Of a stretch of DNA of 64,000 nucleotides, positions 50,286 through 63,031 are shown piece after piece (the stretch's first letter is position 1; each line of letters begins with the position of its first letter). A program made the translations under genes and the position numbers. The DNA lies in NCBI GenBank assembly GCA_964188305.1, contig OZ076889.1, one strand, 5' to 3'. This stretch comes from Podarcis bocagei (taxonomy: Eukaryota). The notes beneath the pieces are model-generated. The model saw only the letters and a list, made by a program, of their open reading frames with translations, had not been told where the DNA came from and ran no database searches.

Positions 50286-51125
50286 AAGGAAATTGCCACT
50301 CCTTATACCTGGATTTCTTTTATAACTTTCAATTCTGCCACTACTTAATTCCACAGATGGAAGTGAGTTAAGAGCCCATTCCGCCTCGGGGAAATTAAAG
50401 TGCCATCTTAAAGCAGCCTCGAGTGGAAGATCTGCAGCCTTTCCATGCCCGGCAGTGCTTTGTTGCTCTGCAGTCAATTGACCTCCGAGTTATCAGTCTT
50501 CCCTCTCTCCAAGAAGTGTGGCTCCCCACCGTCAGGGGTGAGAGGAATGAGAAGGGAAGAGAGCAGGTTCCCTTCCCTTCCTCTGGGCCACTCTGTGCAT
50601 TCACAGCTGCTGGGAAATCCACTCTGAAGGAGATTATGCAGGTCCTTCCCACAGTGGGGAGGCACCCATGGAGCTGTGAGGAAAGCTGTCAGGAGGGTGC
50701 AAAGAGGTGGCTGAGGGGGGAAGCACAGCAGCAAAGTACCGCAGGAGGGAGGGCGGCAGAGTCTTTGTAGCAGAGGCCTGCAGCTGCTGTGAGCCTCGCC
50801 AACCAGTAATTACAAGCTGCCACTCTCAGCTCCAAAGAGTACATAGGCCGCCTAAGTAGGAGGAGAGGTGCATGAGGGAGGCCTGCAGCTCCCAGGGATA
50901 AGGCTGTGGGGAGGCTGACAATTCCTGCTGTCTTTGCTTCACAGAGATGCAGGCTGAAGAGAGGGGCAATTATAGCCGGGACAGACAGCAGGGATGGGGA
51001 GTGCTTTGAGGCAATATAAGGGCTGGTTGTGTGCACAGACAGAAATAACAGCTACTCCGGTTCTCTCCCACCACTTGTGTGGGATGGTGGCAGGGGAGTT
51101 GTACGTGTTATAATAATTTTAAGGT

Positions 51126-51149
51126 CACACGCACACACACACACACACA

Positions 51150-51189
<40 letters not shown>
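51126..51189. repeat. Abutting (CA)n and (TG)n, forming an inverted microsatellite
   Basis: Direct observation. Confidence 0.95.
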
Positions 51190-51192
<3 letters not shown>

Positions 51193-51436
51193 ATGTTCAT
51201 AAATGTACCAAGGAAACACATACATAAATGTATAGACCACATGTCTGAGACCCACAGAAAAGTTCTGAAACCATTTTCTCCCTTCCAAATTGACCTCAAA
51301 TATTTCTCTGCAAAGTCAAAGGAAATGGGCAGCCTCCACATTGTCTCTTTGCTCACAAATCCTGTCTCAAGGGCACATTTGAGATATGAATAGGGTGAGC
51401 CTGTGATCTGTGACCTGCATTCAGGAGTTGAGTAGT

Positions 51437-52113
51437 TATCGTAACAAAAGAGTGGCCAGGATGCCCAGGTAATCCAGTCAAGGAACCTAGCAGACAGGAG
51501 AAAAAACAGATTTCTGTTGTAGTCCGCCCCTTCTCTGATGTATTAAGGGGGTGGTCTTAGGCTGCACACCTTCTGTGATGTAGGTATGATGTATCTGGGG
51601 GGTGGTTTTGAGCTGCAGGGTGGGCAATTTCAAAGTCTATACAGTGGTACCTTGGGTTACATATGCTTCAGGTTACACACGCTTCAGGTTACAGACTCCG
51701 CTAACCCAGAAATAGTACCTGGGGTTAAGAACTTTGCTTCAGGATGAGAACAAAAATCATGCTCTGGCGGCGCGGCAGCAGCAGGAGGCCCCATTAGCTA
51801 AAGTGGTGCTTCAGGTTAAGAACAGTTTCAGGTTAAGAACGGACCTCTGGAACGAATTAAGTACTTAACCCGAGGTACCACTGTATAAGGGCTTGCACAC
51901 CTTTGTCCTGGATCCTCCTCCTCTCTCCTGCGTGTGGGGGGAGCACCCTGTTGCAACAGCTTTAATAAAGATCAGGCTTACTAGCTGCTTTGCTTCTTAA
52001 TATTCTCTGGATGGCCTCTGTTATTTCTTCCAACCAATGGAGAACCTACAAAGGACTCTATGAGGGCACTTGCGTACCCCATAAGGGAAAGGGAGGAGTT
52101 TTTGTTTACAACA
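51437..52113 (+). mobile_element. Probable solo LTR, interrupted by a MITE
   Basis: Imperfect inverted ends tatcgtaacaaaa / tttgtttacaaCA, a GC box, a TATA box (TATATAAG after removing the MITE) and AATAAA at ~51964. No clean TSD. Confidence 0.65.
51642..51883. mobile_element. Tc1/mariner-type MITE, family A
   Basis: TIRs and a TA TSD. Confidence 0.92.
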
Positions 52114-53242
52114 TATGTCATGAGGTAAATTATCATAAACTAGAGAAATGCTCACTGAAATTATGGCTGGTCAGTGGAGGGGGGCAGAGGCAGGGAGGGA
52201 GGGTCTGCATGTGGCAGCAACCTCCTCCTGGCTGCATTTTATCCAACAGGGACTGGTTCACAGCTTCCGACCCACAAACGATGTCCCCAATTCAAGTCTA
52301 CTTTCTCCCACCAAACTCAAAGCGAGTGGGCTTGAGTCTCAATGACTCAGTCTATGTGTTTATTGTGGGAGGCAAACTCCAGAATCCCTTCTGTGGTGCT
52401 TTTCTTCTAGAAAAATAAGTGCCGCTACTGCGTACCCTTGAGTACCCCCAGAAAAAAGCACTGCACTTCTAGGTTGTTTTCCTATAGTGTCTTCTTTCAG
52501 AGATAAATGTGTGCTGCATAGTTTTGTTATATTTTCAAGGACACGAGAAAGCTTCGATGTCTTCCAAAATAGTATGAGGCTATCAGTCAATATTCTGCTT
52601 ACTCATTGTGGTCAATAACTGTACGGTATCACTTTTCCTTTCCCCATCCCAGCTCCTTTCCTTTCCCATCATCTAGACTAAGTGATTTATTTTTATTATC
52701 ACCATTACTATTATTTATTAAACATTTATACCTTCCTTTATCTTGCTTATATACAAACAAACAGCAAAGGACAACAGCCCAGCAAATTAAAACAAAATGT
52801 AAAAGCTAAAGCAAAACATGACATAGTTTGGCAGTAGCTGCCTGACGTTCCCTGCCCACCTGAAAAGCCTGTATGTGTGGGATACCAACCGCATATAACC
52901 ATAATGCTTAAGTCATGCTTAATGCATGAAGGGGTTAATATCACAGAGTAAGCTGTTCTGCCAGGGTTAGCCTAGGCCCTTACCTTGGAAGAAAATGGGT
53001 AATCAAGCCTATTGTTCATCCATCAGTTTCCTTGAGAAGCTCAGTGTGTGAAGATGTTTGAGTTGGTTGCCCCAGCTCAACTGTATGGCTCTCACAAGAC
53101 ACTTGAATTCCCATACTAATAATTTAGGAACGTTCACCACTTTGTAACTAAACTAAGTTTTACTGCCTGTGCAACTTTTCTGAAGCACATGATTCTGGCC
53201 TTTGGAGAGTTTGTAAGTAAACCATTTTTAACTTACCAAACC

Positions 53243-53650
53243 TGTGGCATTTTCCTATGCTGGGGAAAGCCACTTCCGGCTTGCCCAGGAGGTGGGGTTG
53301 CGGGCTTCACGCCCACCCCACATGAGCGGGGGCTGGTCGCAGCCCCCGCGAGAGCAGGGGAATCCCGGCCGGGCCTGCCCCCCCCAGCCAGCCAATCAGC
53401 TGGCTGGGGGGGCATGGCCTGTCCTATTTAGTGCCGGCGCTGAGGGGGCTCGCCCTCTTTTTGCCGGCTAGCCCTCACGTTTTCCCACCCTCCCTCCCTT
53501 TAAGTGGGCTTTAGGTAGGTCTTTGACTTTGCTATGGACTTCGGTCTGTCGCCGCAAGGGGCATGGTAGGAATTTTTCCCAATTGGCAATTTCTAGCCTT
53601 TTGGTTTTTCGCCTACCTCGTAGCAACTCGTCACAACTTCTCGACATTGG
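53243..53650 (+). mobile_element. CpG-rich LTR-like repeat, possibly a DIRS/Ngaro terminal repeat
   Basis: Sharply bounded GC/CpG-rich block with CCAAT (~53392), TATTTA (~53425), then ctcttttt and cccaccctccctccctt motifs. Confidence 0.45.
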
Positions 53651-55499
53651 CTGTCTCTCTCTGCAGCCCTATGAACAGATATAAAATTCTGCTGGAGCCT
53701 GTAGAGATGCCTTGGCATGAGAGGCAAATCTGATTCCAGGAAAGATCTGATTGTGCATTCAGTGAAAAGACCTGCTAGCTGAGCTTCACTGTCTTGTTGT
53801 AACACTTCATTGTTTTTTCCTGCTCCTGTTAAACCTGCTAATTAAATTTAGAGCTGACAAAAAGAAGGAAGAGAAGAAGAAACCACTCTGGAAGCCATGG
53901 AGACATTAACAGTAATCATCCCTCCTCCACTCACAGACAACTCCAGTACAATTGTTTCTGACCAGGTATACTTTTTATATTCAAATGGGCACTCAGTGCT
54001 TCTTTCCACACACTACACACAACAAGCCTCAGCCACATACAACCCACAGTGTTGCCACACACAATAATATTTACACATTGGGATATTTCCACTTCAGCTC
54101 CATCCTGCTAGGTAGCTCAATTTCAGTGCTGTCATCAAGGCCAATTAACATCCCAGGAGGAAACTGAAGCTCCAAGAAAGTATCTTCAAATACCTGTAAC
54201 TTGACAGATGGTGACATTTATAGCCTTGAAGCAACAAACATTTGCCTTGGGAGCAGACCCTATTTTTGCCATTTAGCTTTTCCAGCACAATTCATACCAC
54301 CAAAACGGTATGTTGTAGATGTGGGCTGCATGAATTCCACACTAAAATAATCACATGACTTATTTACAGCTAAGTCACAGAACTAATGGTCAAACCACAC
54401 ATTACATTGAATGTGCATGCATTTACAATTCTAATAGGAGAGTGCTCCCTTTTGCTATTGGATGGTTGGGGTGCATGATCAGCCCTGTTCCTCGGGGCTT
54501 TGTTCCTCTGAGGTATTGAACATTAATACCTATATGACACAGGAACTGCTTAAATGCTTTAAGCAGTTGACTCTTCAGATACTGTCCATCCTTCTCTTAT
54601 TGAAACCTTAGTTTCTGAGCTGAGTTTGCCAACTCTTTGCTAACAGCCGACAATATTAAACTGATCTCAAGACTGTGTTCCTCAAGAGTCAGCAATCAGC
54701 AAAGTAAAGAATAACGTCCGAAACTCTTGGAGGAAGCCTGCTTCGCTGACCAAGAATTGTTGGTCAGCCCAATACATCTTTCTTCCTGAGGGAAAAGGAC
54801 AAGATGGCACCTTCCTGTTTCTCTGACAGGACTGTCAGGTGAATCTTACTCAACAATTGTGATGGGTTGGCATCATCCACTATACCTGAGGGCAGCTGAC
54901 TAGCTTAGGGAGCGTAAGGCAGGCTGCATGTCACACGTAGCTTTTTCCTCCGATGGAACAGAATGACCGGGGGGCTCAGAAGGAGTAGATTGGGTGGTTG
55001 CTGCTGTTGCCCTCACACCAGTATCTTCTGCCTGAAGCAGCTGCTTCACCTCCGTAATGGATCTTATGGTTCGTGTTTGTCCTCCACTATTTAGCCACCT
55101 ACTGGCATCCCTCTGGTGATCAGGATCAAAAATGACACTTGTGAAGCTGTATTCTGTAGCTCTCTCTCATTCATACCAATGTGTGTGCGCACACACTGTG
55201 GGTCCATCCTGTGGAAGAGGAACATTAAATGCTTCTGGTCTCCATGAAGAAATAAGTTCATCAGAATCAAGCCTCAAATGAGGACTGAATAAGCCAAGCT
55301 TCATTGAGCTTTCATTTTAAACACAGGATCAGTCCCCCAACTTCAGCTGCCCTTCCAAAGCAAGTCACAGCTTCCTAGTAGGTATGTCCCCGTGTATCTA
55401 CTCCAAAGATGCCCTCTATTTTAGTAACAGCTCTCCACGTCTTTGCTCAAACGTTTTTGTTTTTTGGTCTACCCTAAAATGTCTGTAATTATGCCAATA

Positions 55500-55725
55500 C
55501 AGTGGTACCTCGGGTTACATACGCTTCAGGTTACAGACTCCACTAACCCAGAAATATTACCCCGGGTTAAGAACTTTGCTTCAGGATGAGAACAGAAATC
55601 GTGCTCCAGCGGCGCGGCAGCAGTGGGAGGCCCCATTAGCTAAAGTGGTGCTTCAGGTTAAGAACTGTTTCAGGTTAAGAACGGACCTCCAGAACGAATT
55701 AAGTACTTAACCCGAGGTACCACTG
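55500..55725. mobile_element. Tc1/mariner-type MITE, family A
   Basis: TIRs and a TA TSD. Confidence 0.92.
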
Positions 55726-57180
55726 TATATAGTCAATATATGTTTCTTGGGATTAACAGTCCACTTTGTACTTCCAAAATGGCACCTGGGGTTGACTTGG
55801 TCCAGTATACGGCAGTGTCAAGTGATTCCTCAAATGCATTTTTTTCATTTCAAGATCCTGAGTTTAGATTATGGATCGGCCCTTGAACCAAGTAAAGTGG
55901 AAGTGATCCAGTTCGGATATTGCCAAGAGGAACTGAGTTGTGTGTATACTGACCTCTGGTGGCTAGACGGCCAGAAGAAATATAGATCTGGCACTTAGCA
56001 TCAAGCAGATAGTTCAAGGAGAAATGTTCATGTTTAGATCTGGAGCTGCGCTTTCTGATTTGTGCATGAAAAGGACCTTGGGGAGACTCGCCTTGTGATG
56101 TCATCTAAAACTGTTGGCTTCTGCCATAATACATTGTCCCCCTCCCCTCCCTTTCCTTCTATAGAGTCAGTGAAGGAGATGGCTGCTTGCCTGCAATGAT
56201 AAATCACACATCATCATGATAGCTGCCAAGGGAAGATGTTACCTAGAGCAGAATTTCTCATTCCATTGCAGAAGACTCAGACTGAATGTGTCAGTTCATA
56301 TTCTCTTGCCTCCTCAGACCCTGGCCCTTGCCAGGATGATGGTGGCTGTGGGGAGGGGAGATGGGTCTGATACATGGGTACATGAGCCCTATGCTGTCTT
56401 CAAACATTGGAGGAGTCCAGGAATTCAGGACAAAGAACTTTATGGAAGGCCATGTAGATTCGCCTTGAAGATCCATGGGGCAGTACTGTGCCTTCCCCAT
56501 GTGCCACTCAGACAACAAGAGATTCTACATCACTCAAGCAACATGGCCAATGTAATAATCTTAGCTCTTGCCTCTTGCAGCTTTCACCAGTTTGATTGCC
56601 TTGTGTCACAAATCAGGCACTAGCATTGCTTGTCAGCACCCCCCCCCTTGCCTAGGCCCTCAGAGCCAGTTAATGCATTCAGCAGAACCAAGTGGTGAAG
56701 CTTTAGCTGGCTGTTATCACTTGAAGCTGCAGTTCACTTGGAGCTACTCTCCCAGCATTAGCAACAGATCACTTTTGACAGTATAATAGCTAAAAGGTCC
56801 AGCTCCACACCCACATTGCTAGCTGGTAGCGTCTGTAAGTACTTTGCAGTTGCTATAGCAAAGCCACAAGCTCTTAGCAACAGAAGGATGTGCTTTGATG
56901 TGCTCTTTGGATGAGTCTTCTTGTTGGGCTCTGTAGAGCATGAATCTGGATTTATGTTTCTTTGCCATATATCTCTGTTGTATTTGGCACTAAAGGTCTG
57001 GAATTCCCTGATTTGGCTGTCCTATGTTTGACCTAAGGAATTCAAAAATTTCTAGTCTCTGTTGCTGAAAAGTTGATGGCTGCTGTTTGCTTGCTTTATG
57101 CTAGAGCTGCAGTTTGCTAGAGATATTCTCTGAGGCCTTCCACAAATGCTATAGGTATGGGTGGGCAGACTTCATGCTTG

Positions 57181-57509
57181 CAGACCCTCCAAGGGTCCCT
57201 ATTTTCCAGGGATGTCCCTGAGTTAGAGAAGCTGTCCCGGTTTCTGATTGGGCCCCAGAATGTCCCACTTTTCCTTAGGATGTCCCTATTTTCATTGGAG
57301 AAATGTCAGAGGGTATGAAATCATACGACCCCCGAGCTGTCTGAAGGCAATCTTTTTTAATGTTTAATGTTTTGTTATGTTTTTATATATGTTGGAAGCT
57401 GCCCAAAGTGGCTGGAGCAACCCAGTAAGATGTGTGGGGTGTAAATAGTAAAATTATCCATATGGAATGGGATGTCCCTTTTTTCATCAGAGAAATGTTG
57501 GAGGGTATG
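57181..57509. mobile_element. Non-autonomous DNA element (GTCCC subterminal repeats) with a duplicated right end enclosing an L2 tail
   Basis: CAGACCCTCCA...TGGAGGGTATG, with repeated tgtccc motifs. Confidence 0.7.
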
Positions 57510-60500
57510 GAATCTCAAGAAGTATACTTTGCTGCTAATTGTTTAATTTGCACAATTTACTCTGCATAATTTATCATTTGCAAAGAATTTCAGTTTCCTT
57601 TGCATTTTGCTTCATCTGCATCTAGTGAACCTCAAAGTCTAGCCTGGATAGGGTTGCAAGTAGCAAACTTGGAATTCCAAAAATAAAATAAAATCTCTGT
57701 ATTGCTGCATGAATTGCATATTCCCCATGCAACTCATGGGAAAGAAACTGCAGGCAGATGTTCAAAATGGGCATCCCTAGAGAGTTTGCCACTTGGAGAT
57801 GCCTGGGAAGCAGAGCTTTCTGAGTTCTTTCCTTTGTCTCTTGGGTTTCTCAGTTGTGGGTAGCAAATGATCATACTAATTTATTCTTGTGCTTTCAGGA
57901 GCAGAAAAGTACTATTATTCCTGCCCTAGAAAAAGAAAGAGAATATTCCTGCCCCATAGGCAGGAGACAGGTATTAATTAGAACACAGAGGACTGAAGCA
58001 GCAGAAAGGCAGGAGGATAAAAAGAAGGGGGGAAAGACAGGTGGGCAAATGGAGATTCTTCAAGAATCCCCTTTCCAGTTCTCTCCTCCTGGCCTACATG
58101 ACAGAACATCCCATTAAACTACAAGGTTACGGTCGATATTTGAGGGATTTAAGCTGTCTTGAGGGGGGGGGGGGAGTCACTGAATCATAACTAGGGATAT
58201 CATTTATTTTGTTTTTGTATTTTAAAAGATAAATAATAAGTGCCAGTGGCATTTCCAAATGAAAAGCAAAACAAAGCCAGATTTTACCCTTAGTGCAAAA
58301 CTAGTTGACTCCCCTCCCAAGCCTCTGTATTGGAGGACATGGAGCTCCTAAGAGGTTTGAGGCCTGTCTCCTTTTGCTGCCCCTGAATCAGGCAATCTTA
58401 GGTGATGATGTAATGAGAATGTGCCTCTGATGATGCTTGGAATCAAGACCTTCCCACTCTGGCCATCCTAAAGGCAGAACTCAATGGGGCTTATGTTTGA
58501 GTACATATATAGGGTTGCACTGTTAAGCTTAGAGGGTGTGCCCAACTGTGCCAGCTTAACCTTGCCTACTGACTTCAGTGGAGCTTGCTCTCAGGTACAT
58601 GGAGTTAGGATTGCAGCTTGCCCTGTCATAATAAGAGTAAGCCTATTTAAATCAATGGATTTAAATTAGGTAGTAATTAGTACTTAAGGTACTACTTTTG
58701 TCATAGCTCACTTTCTCCCCCAAATATAGCACGACAAAAATGAAAAAGGGTTACCCTATTAGCTTCAGACTACCTAAGCCTAATAGTCATATAATAGTCC
58801 AAACCCCAATTCTAATGCGTGGTCATACTTTTGTCTGAGTCAATCGAAATGTCACGAAGCAGTGAGCAAAGCCTTTGAGCTCTGTAGACCCTAGGAAATA
58901 AAAAGTGAAATACCCTTTTTTAGTCTGAAATACTCTGTGGCATAGACTTAATTAGATTAACTTCTGCTAGGTGTTAAAGGAGATCTTCTAGTTGCACTGA
59001 GGGGTACGGGATAATGAAACAAAGAGGGCTGATCCTCCATTTTCTACAACTGATGCCCAGGCTGTGGTTGTGTTGGGTGGACAGGGAATTTCCTAGGCTA
59101 CGAGCCCAGTTTTGGAAAGAAGCCCCTTTTGGAGGCTGCCAGGGAGATGCTCAGCTGAGCCAAAACGGCCCCAAGGCTGATGCACGCTGGCTGAAGAGTG
59201 ACAGCAGTGGGTGGCGGAGAACATCTGGCACAGGAGGGGGGCAGCGCCCCCACTAGCACCGCCTGCCCAGCTTCCCTGGCTCAGCTGAGTGTTAATCAAA
59301 CACCAGCTGCTCCTGTAAATTGCAGGCCTGGCAAGCAGCAAGGCAGCTTATAGCACAGACTGGTGCTGGCAGGCCTGCTGAGGATCAGCCCAGCGGTTGT
59401 GGATCAGAGAGACGGAGAGAAAACTGAGCAGCGGGGGGAGGAGAGAGAAGCTGGCTGACATAGCATGGCCCATTCCTGCCTGCGCCCTCTTTGTTGCCCC
59501 AAGAAATAAAAGAGATGTCTGGAAGGGGAGCTGCATCAGTCTGTTGCAGTGGAAATCTGGACTCTGGTGCAGGAAAGTTTATGTCTCAACAAATCTGTTA
59601 AGTTTTTCATGTGCCTCGGGAGATATCAAACCTGACCGTGGTCGCACTTCCCATCTTTCCTTTTCTCTGACCCTTCTTGCAGAGCTTGGACAAGGTTCAC
59701 AAGAAACTGCCTGACATGGAGTCAGACCACAGAGCTGTGTAGGACGGCTGACAGTGGCTCTGCAATGTTTCTCCCAGCTGGGTATTGAACACACAAAGCA
59801 GATCCTCCGCCACTGAGCTGCAGCCCTTCTCCATATGGGAATGAGGCAGAAGGGCTCTGGCGACATCAGCAACACCACCCCCATAGAGAGCACTTAATCA
59901 AAAGGCTTCAAGCAGGAGACAGACCATTAGTGCAGCAGGCCTTACAATCATGTAAGGCCAGCCAGTAGGAGGATCCCCACAGTGTTGTTGTGAGGGCTGG
60001 ACCTGGGAGACAATAGCTCGCCTAAAGTACCATAATCTAAAAGTTACTTTATGGAGGAAATAAACTGGGGGGGGCTTCCAACTTACACTCCTGCTCTTAA
60101 CTACAATTTACCTCTCAGTTGTTCAGACTTAAATGTTTAAAGGCCCCAGCCCTACATCTGTAAATAAACGAAGCCTTTCCCAAAGCATTCTCAGCTAGGT
60201 TTGTGGGGCTCTGTAGGGCATGCCATTTCAGAAGGTGAAATGTAATTTTTGCACATTTCTTCAGTGAGGGGGTCTTCATAATATGGTTTCGGGTGTGAGG
60301 AATTTAAATATGCTATTATTTTTGTGATCGGACAGCATTTAGCTTGGCAAGTCTACTTTTGATGAAGAAGCACACAAACTGCTTTTGCAAAACCAAAGAA
60401 ATTTTATTTTAACTGTAACTATTTGGCAATCATTTCTAATGATTTCTATGTAATTTTACACACGTTTTATTTACCAAGCAAAGCTAAATTATATTAATTT

Positions 60501-61254
60501 AACCAAAATATCTTTTGAATTCCCAAGTCATATTACAATCTTTTTAGCACCGCTGATTTGGGGAATTTGAAGGTTGAAATATTCAACACACCCTGCAGTA
60601 TTTTAGTAATACCCAGTTTCTGTTATTGGGCCAGTAGTCTGGAGCTTAACTCCTTGCACTGCTGAACATCCAGTCTGCCACAGGATGGCCACAGATGGGG
60701 ACCCCTATGCCTGTGTGCCAGCTTCTTAGCAAAAAACCAACAACCTAGCATCAACACCTCCCTGCCAAAACAGTTGGCTTGTTTGGGGGTAAATGTCCCT
60801 TGTGACCTAGTGGGATATTGGAGGCTTGTCACACAAAGGGGTTCCCTTGCCAGGCTCAAGGGAAGCACAAATCAACTCTTAACCCAAGGCCTGTCTGCAG
60901 ATCTCCGATGCTGGAAGGATATGCATCTAAGGACAGCTGCTCACACCAGCTTGAATACCCATTATATTTGATGCCGCATATATTAGCCAGCTTGGCTTTT
61001 ACATTTGGTTATAACTGGGTACAGAACAGCTTTGGCACCTTTTAAAAAATGCATGTCTTCCCCCCTCTTTCTCTTCTTCCTTGCCATATACAGTGGTACC
61101 TCAGCTGATGGAGGGAGGAGCCTGGCAAAATGGATGGTTGCCCTGCATCCCTCCTTTTCCCTCCTCTGTTGCATCCCGAGATAATGGCTACTGACTGATG
61201 ACATGCAAAGCAACTATAAAAATAATGCCTTTGAGCATGCACAGAGTACATGTA

Positions 61255-61496
61255 CAGTGGTACCTCAGGCTACAGGCACTTCAGGTTACAGACGCTTCAG
61301 GTTACAGACTCTGCTAACCCAGAAATAGTGCTTCAGGTTAAGAACTTTGCTTCAGCATGAGAACAGAAATTGTGATCTGGCGGTGTGGCGGCAGCAGGAG
61401 GCCCCATTAGCTAAAGTGGTGCTTCAGGTTAATAACAGTTTCAGGTTAAGAACAGACCTCCAGAATGAATTAAGTACTTAACCCGAGATACCACTG
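61255..61496. mobile_element. Tc1/mariner-type MITE, family A
   Basis: TIRs and a TA TSD. Confidence 0.92.
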
Positions 61497-61589
61497 TACA
61501 GGGACTTGACTCCATTCTCATATACCCAAATTTCATCTGTGAAAAAGCAGCACTGAGCAACACAGCCTTTCGGTGTCGATATCTTGAGG

Positions 61590-61749
61590 CATAGGTGCCA
61601 ACTCCCTGGGGCCCTGAGTGCCCGAGCACCCACAAAATTCCCCACGAAGGGGCCGGGCACCCACAAATTTCGGCGCCAGGGCCATGCACGCTGCATGGCA
61701 CCCATGGCCCCAGGCACCCACGGTCGCGGGGGCCAAGCTGGCACTCCTG
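61590..61749. mobile_element. hAT MITE with GCACCCA subterminal repeats
   Basis: CATAGGTGCCAAC...GCTGGCACTCCTG, with TSD TCTTGAG[G/A]. Confidence 0.75.
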
Positions 61750-62762
61750 TCTTGAGAACATCCAACAGGGCTGGCCAAAGACATTTTGCTGCCTGAGGCA
61801 AAGGACAAGATGGGGCCTCTCCATTCCACGTACAGAAACAAACCGGACTTCCAGCTGAATCTTACTTCAGTACCGTCAACTGAATAGTGTCTCACACTTC
61901 ACCTGAGGGATGCAACCTGAAGGACAGGTCGTGTGGCACTCATAGCTCTGTGAGGAACTGCTGGTGAGTTCAGAAAGAGCAACCTGCTGTGCCTCAGCTT
62001 CTGCCAACTATGGCAGTTGCCTCACTTGCCTAATGACAGAGCTTTTCCTGGCCCTCATGACATCCTGTCCTCACTTGACATATTACTGAAATTTAGTTTT
62101 GGGAACGTCACCCCCAGCTAAATCATATAACAGGGCTTGCATTAGATTTAACTTTATTCCTATAATTCTGGCGTGGCCTTACACTTAACAAGATCTCTGT
62201 GTGCTGCAGGGATCCATCTGTATGTCAATGGGAACAACATTTGCTGCTGAAGAGGAGGAGGAGGAGGAGCTGTCTCACATCCCTTATTATTTCCCATGAG
62301 GATGCAAGAGCAGAGGGTTCTGCTGGAACTGGCCATTAAATACTTGCAATTGCCTGTAAATATATCCTGCTGAAAATGCAGCAATGCTGCCCTCTTGTGA
62401 CTTTGAGAATCAAGTGCAAGGCTGGAAATCTGAAAAGGAAGTTTGCTCAGACATTGCAGCAGCCAGAAATGCCTTTACTCTTGTGTTTCCTCAACAGCCC
62501 AATCCCAGGTGCAATAGGGTGGTCACCTCTAAAAAGGTTCCTTCTAGGAACAGCCCATGCGTAGCTCTATGGCCGAGCACAAGCTGTGCATGCAGAAGGA
62601 CCCAAGTTCCACACCTGCATCTTTTGCTAAAGGGTCTCAGAAGCAGGGCTGGGAAAGAAAGACCCTTGCCTGAGCCCCCTTGGGGGGCTCCCTAGATCAG
62701 GGGTCAGCAAACTTTTTCAGCAGGGGGCTGGTCCACTGTCCCTCAGACCTTGTGGTGGGCTG

Positions 62763-62828
<66 letters not shown>

Positions 62829-62936
62829 GCTGTCAACTTTTCCCTTTTCTTGCGAGGAATCCTATTCGGAATAAGGGAATTTCTCTTTAAAAAAGGGAAA
62901 TGTTGACAGCTATTATATATATATATATATATATAT

Positions 62937-63027
62937 GCTTTCGTAGATTTTCACGGGTACAGGAATGCAGGTTTTGGTGTCTTCGGGTGTCTTCTTACAC
63001 GGGAAGATACCCGAAGACACCAAAACC

Positions 63028-63031
<4 letters not shown>
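62937..63031. mobile_element. Fold-back remnant of a Penelope-like terminal repeat, flanked by (TA)n
   Basis: tgcaggttttggtgtcttcgggtgtcttc and gaagatacccgaagacaccaaaacctgca form a 29-bp inverted repeat with one mismatch. Family assignment is from recalled similarity to squamate Penelope ends. Confidence 0.55.

Noticed and set aside
59716-59742. ATGGAGTCA resembling the GPR61 start (MES...)
   Set aside because: The frame stops after 8 codons, and there is no 7TM ORF in the window.
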